Below are positions 62,322-64,000 of a DNA stretch of 64,000 bases, piece by piece. The notes below the pieces were generated by a model that had not been told where the DNA came from, did not search any database, and saw only the letters and a list, made by a program, of their open reading frames with translations. The position numbers and the translations under genes were made by a program. The first letter of the stretch is position 1; every line of letters starts with the position of its first letter. Origin of the DNA: Candidatus Woesearchaeota archaeon (GTDB taxonomy: Archaea; Nanobdellota; Nanobdellia; Woesearchaeales; WAPJ01); NCBI GenBank assembly GCA_047602885.1, contig JBLKOQ010000003.1:464-64463 (forward strand), read 5' to 3'.

Positions 62322-63347
62322 TTGCTCTGCAAAGATAACTCTTTATTTGCAGTAGGAGATGATTGGCAAAGCATATATGGTTTTCGAGGTTCCGAAGTCG
62401 AATTCATTGTTAATTTTAATGAAACATTCAAAGATAGTAATGTTATAGTACTTCCATATAACTATCGTTCCGGCAAAAATATCGTTGACGCTTCAAATAT
62501 CGTAATAATGAAAAATCCTAATCAGATCAATAAACACATAAAAGCGTTCTATGAGAATAAAGACGAAAAGATCTTCCAATATAATGCATTAAATGACATT
62601 GATAGTGCTAATTTCATAATAGATGTTACAAAAAAACACTATGCAGAAGGGTATGAATACAATGATATCCTTCTTCTTTACAGAAGAAGCAGGCATATAT
62701 ATCCGTATAAGGAATACTTCAAGAAGCACAATTTTAAGATTAACACCAAAACAATACATGGCTCAAAAGGATTAGAAGCCAAAATAGTTTTCTTAATCGG
62801 AATGACTACAGATGGATTTCCTTTTGTTTGGGAAGATTCGAGAGTAATACAAGTAATAAAGAAAACAGACTTACTAAGAAAAGAAGAGGAAGAAAGAAGA
62901 ATCTTTTACGTTGCAATGACTCGAGCTCAAGAAAGACTTATATTACTATCGGAAAAGAATAATGAATCATCATATTGTTCAGATATACCTTCAGATTTCA
63001 AGAAAGTCAAAGTATCAAAACAAGAGTTTACCGAAGAAATGCTCAGCCCTAAATTAAGAGGCATACTACAAAGATTGGAAGACGGACAAAATCCAGATGA
63101 AATATCAATAGATTTAGATGAAGAACAAACAAATGTTGAAAAATATATAGCCAGATTAATAGAAATGGGGCTTGTTGATGTTAAGAAATTTGTTAATGAA
63201 AAAAATTATGCACTGATTGCTTCTGAAATACCATCTGATGAACAAAGTCCAAGGCTAAACCCAATTAAAAGAGCTCTACCAAAAAGTATAAGCTATGGTG
63301 AAATAAGGTACGTTATAGCCGATTGGAAACACAAACAGAAAGAATAG
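62322..63347 (+). CDS. UvrD/PcrA-family helicase, C-terminal fragment (motifs II-VI) with a C-terminal winged-helix-like tail. Same gene as 60814-62271.
   Basis: In this frame the sequence upstream of the annotated start reads KHILVDEYQDVSSAQVEL (motif II DEYQD). Then GDDWQSIYGFRGSEV (III), HGSKGLEAK (V-like) and VAMTRAQERLILL (VI). The ORF caller starts at a TTG. Confidence 0.65.
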   Translation: MLCKDNSLFAVGDDWQSIYGFRGSEVEFIVNFNETFKDSNVIVLPYNYRSGKNIVDASNIVIMKNPNQINKHIKAFYENKDEKIFQYNALNDIDSANFIIDVTKKHYAEGYEYNDILLLYRRSRHIYPYKEYFKKHNFKINTKTIHGSKGLEAKIVFLIGMTTDGFPFVWEDSRVIQVIKKTDLLRKEEEERRIFYVAMTRAQERLILLSEKNNESSYCSDIPSDFKKVKVSKQEFTEEMLSPKLRGILQRLEDGQNPDEISIDLDEEQTNVEKYIARLIEMGLVDVKKFVNEKNYALIASEIPSDEQSPRLNPIKRALPKSISYGEIRYVIADWKHKQKE

Positions 63348-63483
63348 GTTCAAAGGAAAGAGGAAAGTTGATTATAATCAAAGGAAGATGGAGTTTGAGG
63401 TGGGGTATATAGAATAAAAGGAAAGCACCAAGGAGCATTGAAGGGTCGCAGATTTTATATACTCAATAAGCTATTCTATAATT

Positions 63484-64000
63484 ATGGGTCTTAAGGAAGA
63501 ACTTCTAAGAAATATACTTGGGGGCATTAAAGGAGAATCCATATCTTTAGGAGAGAACTCAATAAAAAACATAAACGAAGTGAAAAGAGTCTATAAACTA
63601 TTACTAGGAACTTCTAACAAACTTCCTTTGCGAATAGGTAACTTTGATATTAAAGTACAAGGAACATACATAGAATTAGATGAGCATTTGCACTTCAACA
63701 GATATAGGTTAATAACTCTCAACTCAAGCATTTATAAGAATACTAAAATATTCAATTTAGAACTATACAAGAAACTCTGCAAAGAACACGAAGAAGATTG
63801 CCTTAAATCAGGAGGATATGGTGGAAAATGGAAGAACAACAGCACAGAAAAATTGTTTGCTAAATCATCACCTTATAAGGATTTAAGAGGAAACGGACCA
63901 TCTAGATGGAGACAAAGAGCATTTTATGATTTTATGAAGGATCTTTATGCAACAGAGAAAAAAATTAAACTTAGAAGGTTTTCAGTTTGGGAAAGGATTG
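63484..64000 (+). CDS. Hypothetical protein, 5' portion (runs off the window end).
   Basis: ATG at 63484 and an open frame to position 64000 (MGLKEELLRNILGG...RRFSVWERI). Not in the ORF track because no stop lies within the window. Confidence 0.4.
   Translation, partial: MGLKEELLRNILGGIKGESISLGENSIKNINEVKRVYKLLLGTSNKLPLRIGNFDIKVQGTYIELDEHLHFNRYRLITLNSSIYKNTKIFNLELYKKLCKEHEEDCLKSGGYGGKWKNNSTEKLFAKSSPYKDLRGNGPSRWRQRAFYDFMKDLYATEKKIKLRRFSVWERI

Noticed and set aside
1-64000. CRISPR arrays, rRNA genes and tRNA genes.
   Set aside because: No regularly spaced direct repeats, no rRNA-like conserved blocks and no convincing cloverleaf candidates were found in intergenic regions. A tRNA scan was not possible without software.

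Overview
The window is an AT-rich (roughly one-third GC) chromosomal segment with dense coding on both strands. The gene content and promoter architecture look archaeal. TATA-like boxes sit about 25-30 bp upstream of start codons, which suggests leaderless transcripts. One gene encodes a class III (archaeal pilin-like) signal peptide. There are many large surface proteins with a C-terminal transmembrane anchor. Together with gyrA and uvrC this is consistent with a small-genome mesophilic archaeon (DPANN-like, an inference only). Housekeeping content: Kef-type antiporter, TauE exporter, uvrC, lipoprotein cyclophilin, NMP kinase, a suf operon in the order sufB-sufD-sufS-sufC, 6-phosphogluconolactonase-like protein, ScpB, Nudix hydrolase, gyrA, a GH13 branching-enzyme-like protein and oligoendopeptidase F. 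Accessory content: (i) a Type II restriction-modification module with two adenine/cytosine methyltransferases (Dam-like plus a beta-class enzyme) at 4.7-7.0 kb; (ii) a tight five-gene operon at 8.7-13.8 kb holding two RimK-type ATP-grasp ligases, an FGase-family amidohydrolase and an MscS-like channel fused to a C-terminal soluble domain; (iii) a defence island at about 48.4-64 kb. The island holds a wHTH protein, a PIN-domain protein, a DprA-like plus phosphoribosyltransferase pair (ShosTA-like or ComF/DprA-like), a cytidine-deaminase-fold protein, a decayed metallophosphoesterase, a complete Type I RM operon (hsdR-hsdM-hsdS) followed by two membrane proteins, and a GC-rich IS4/IS5-family transposase remnant. 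It ends with a UvrD-family helicase that carries an embedded PD-(D/E)XK-like nuclease insert and is split by a frameshift in an A7 run. A dispersed short repeat family (45-bp units, as monomers or dimers) occupies at least six intergenic sites. No rRNA, CRISPR array or convincing tRNA was seen.
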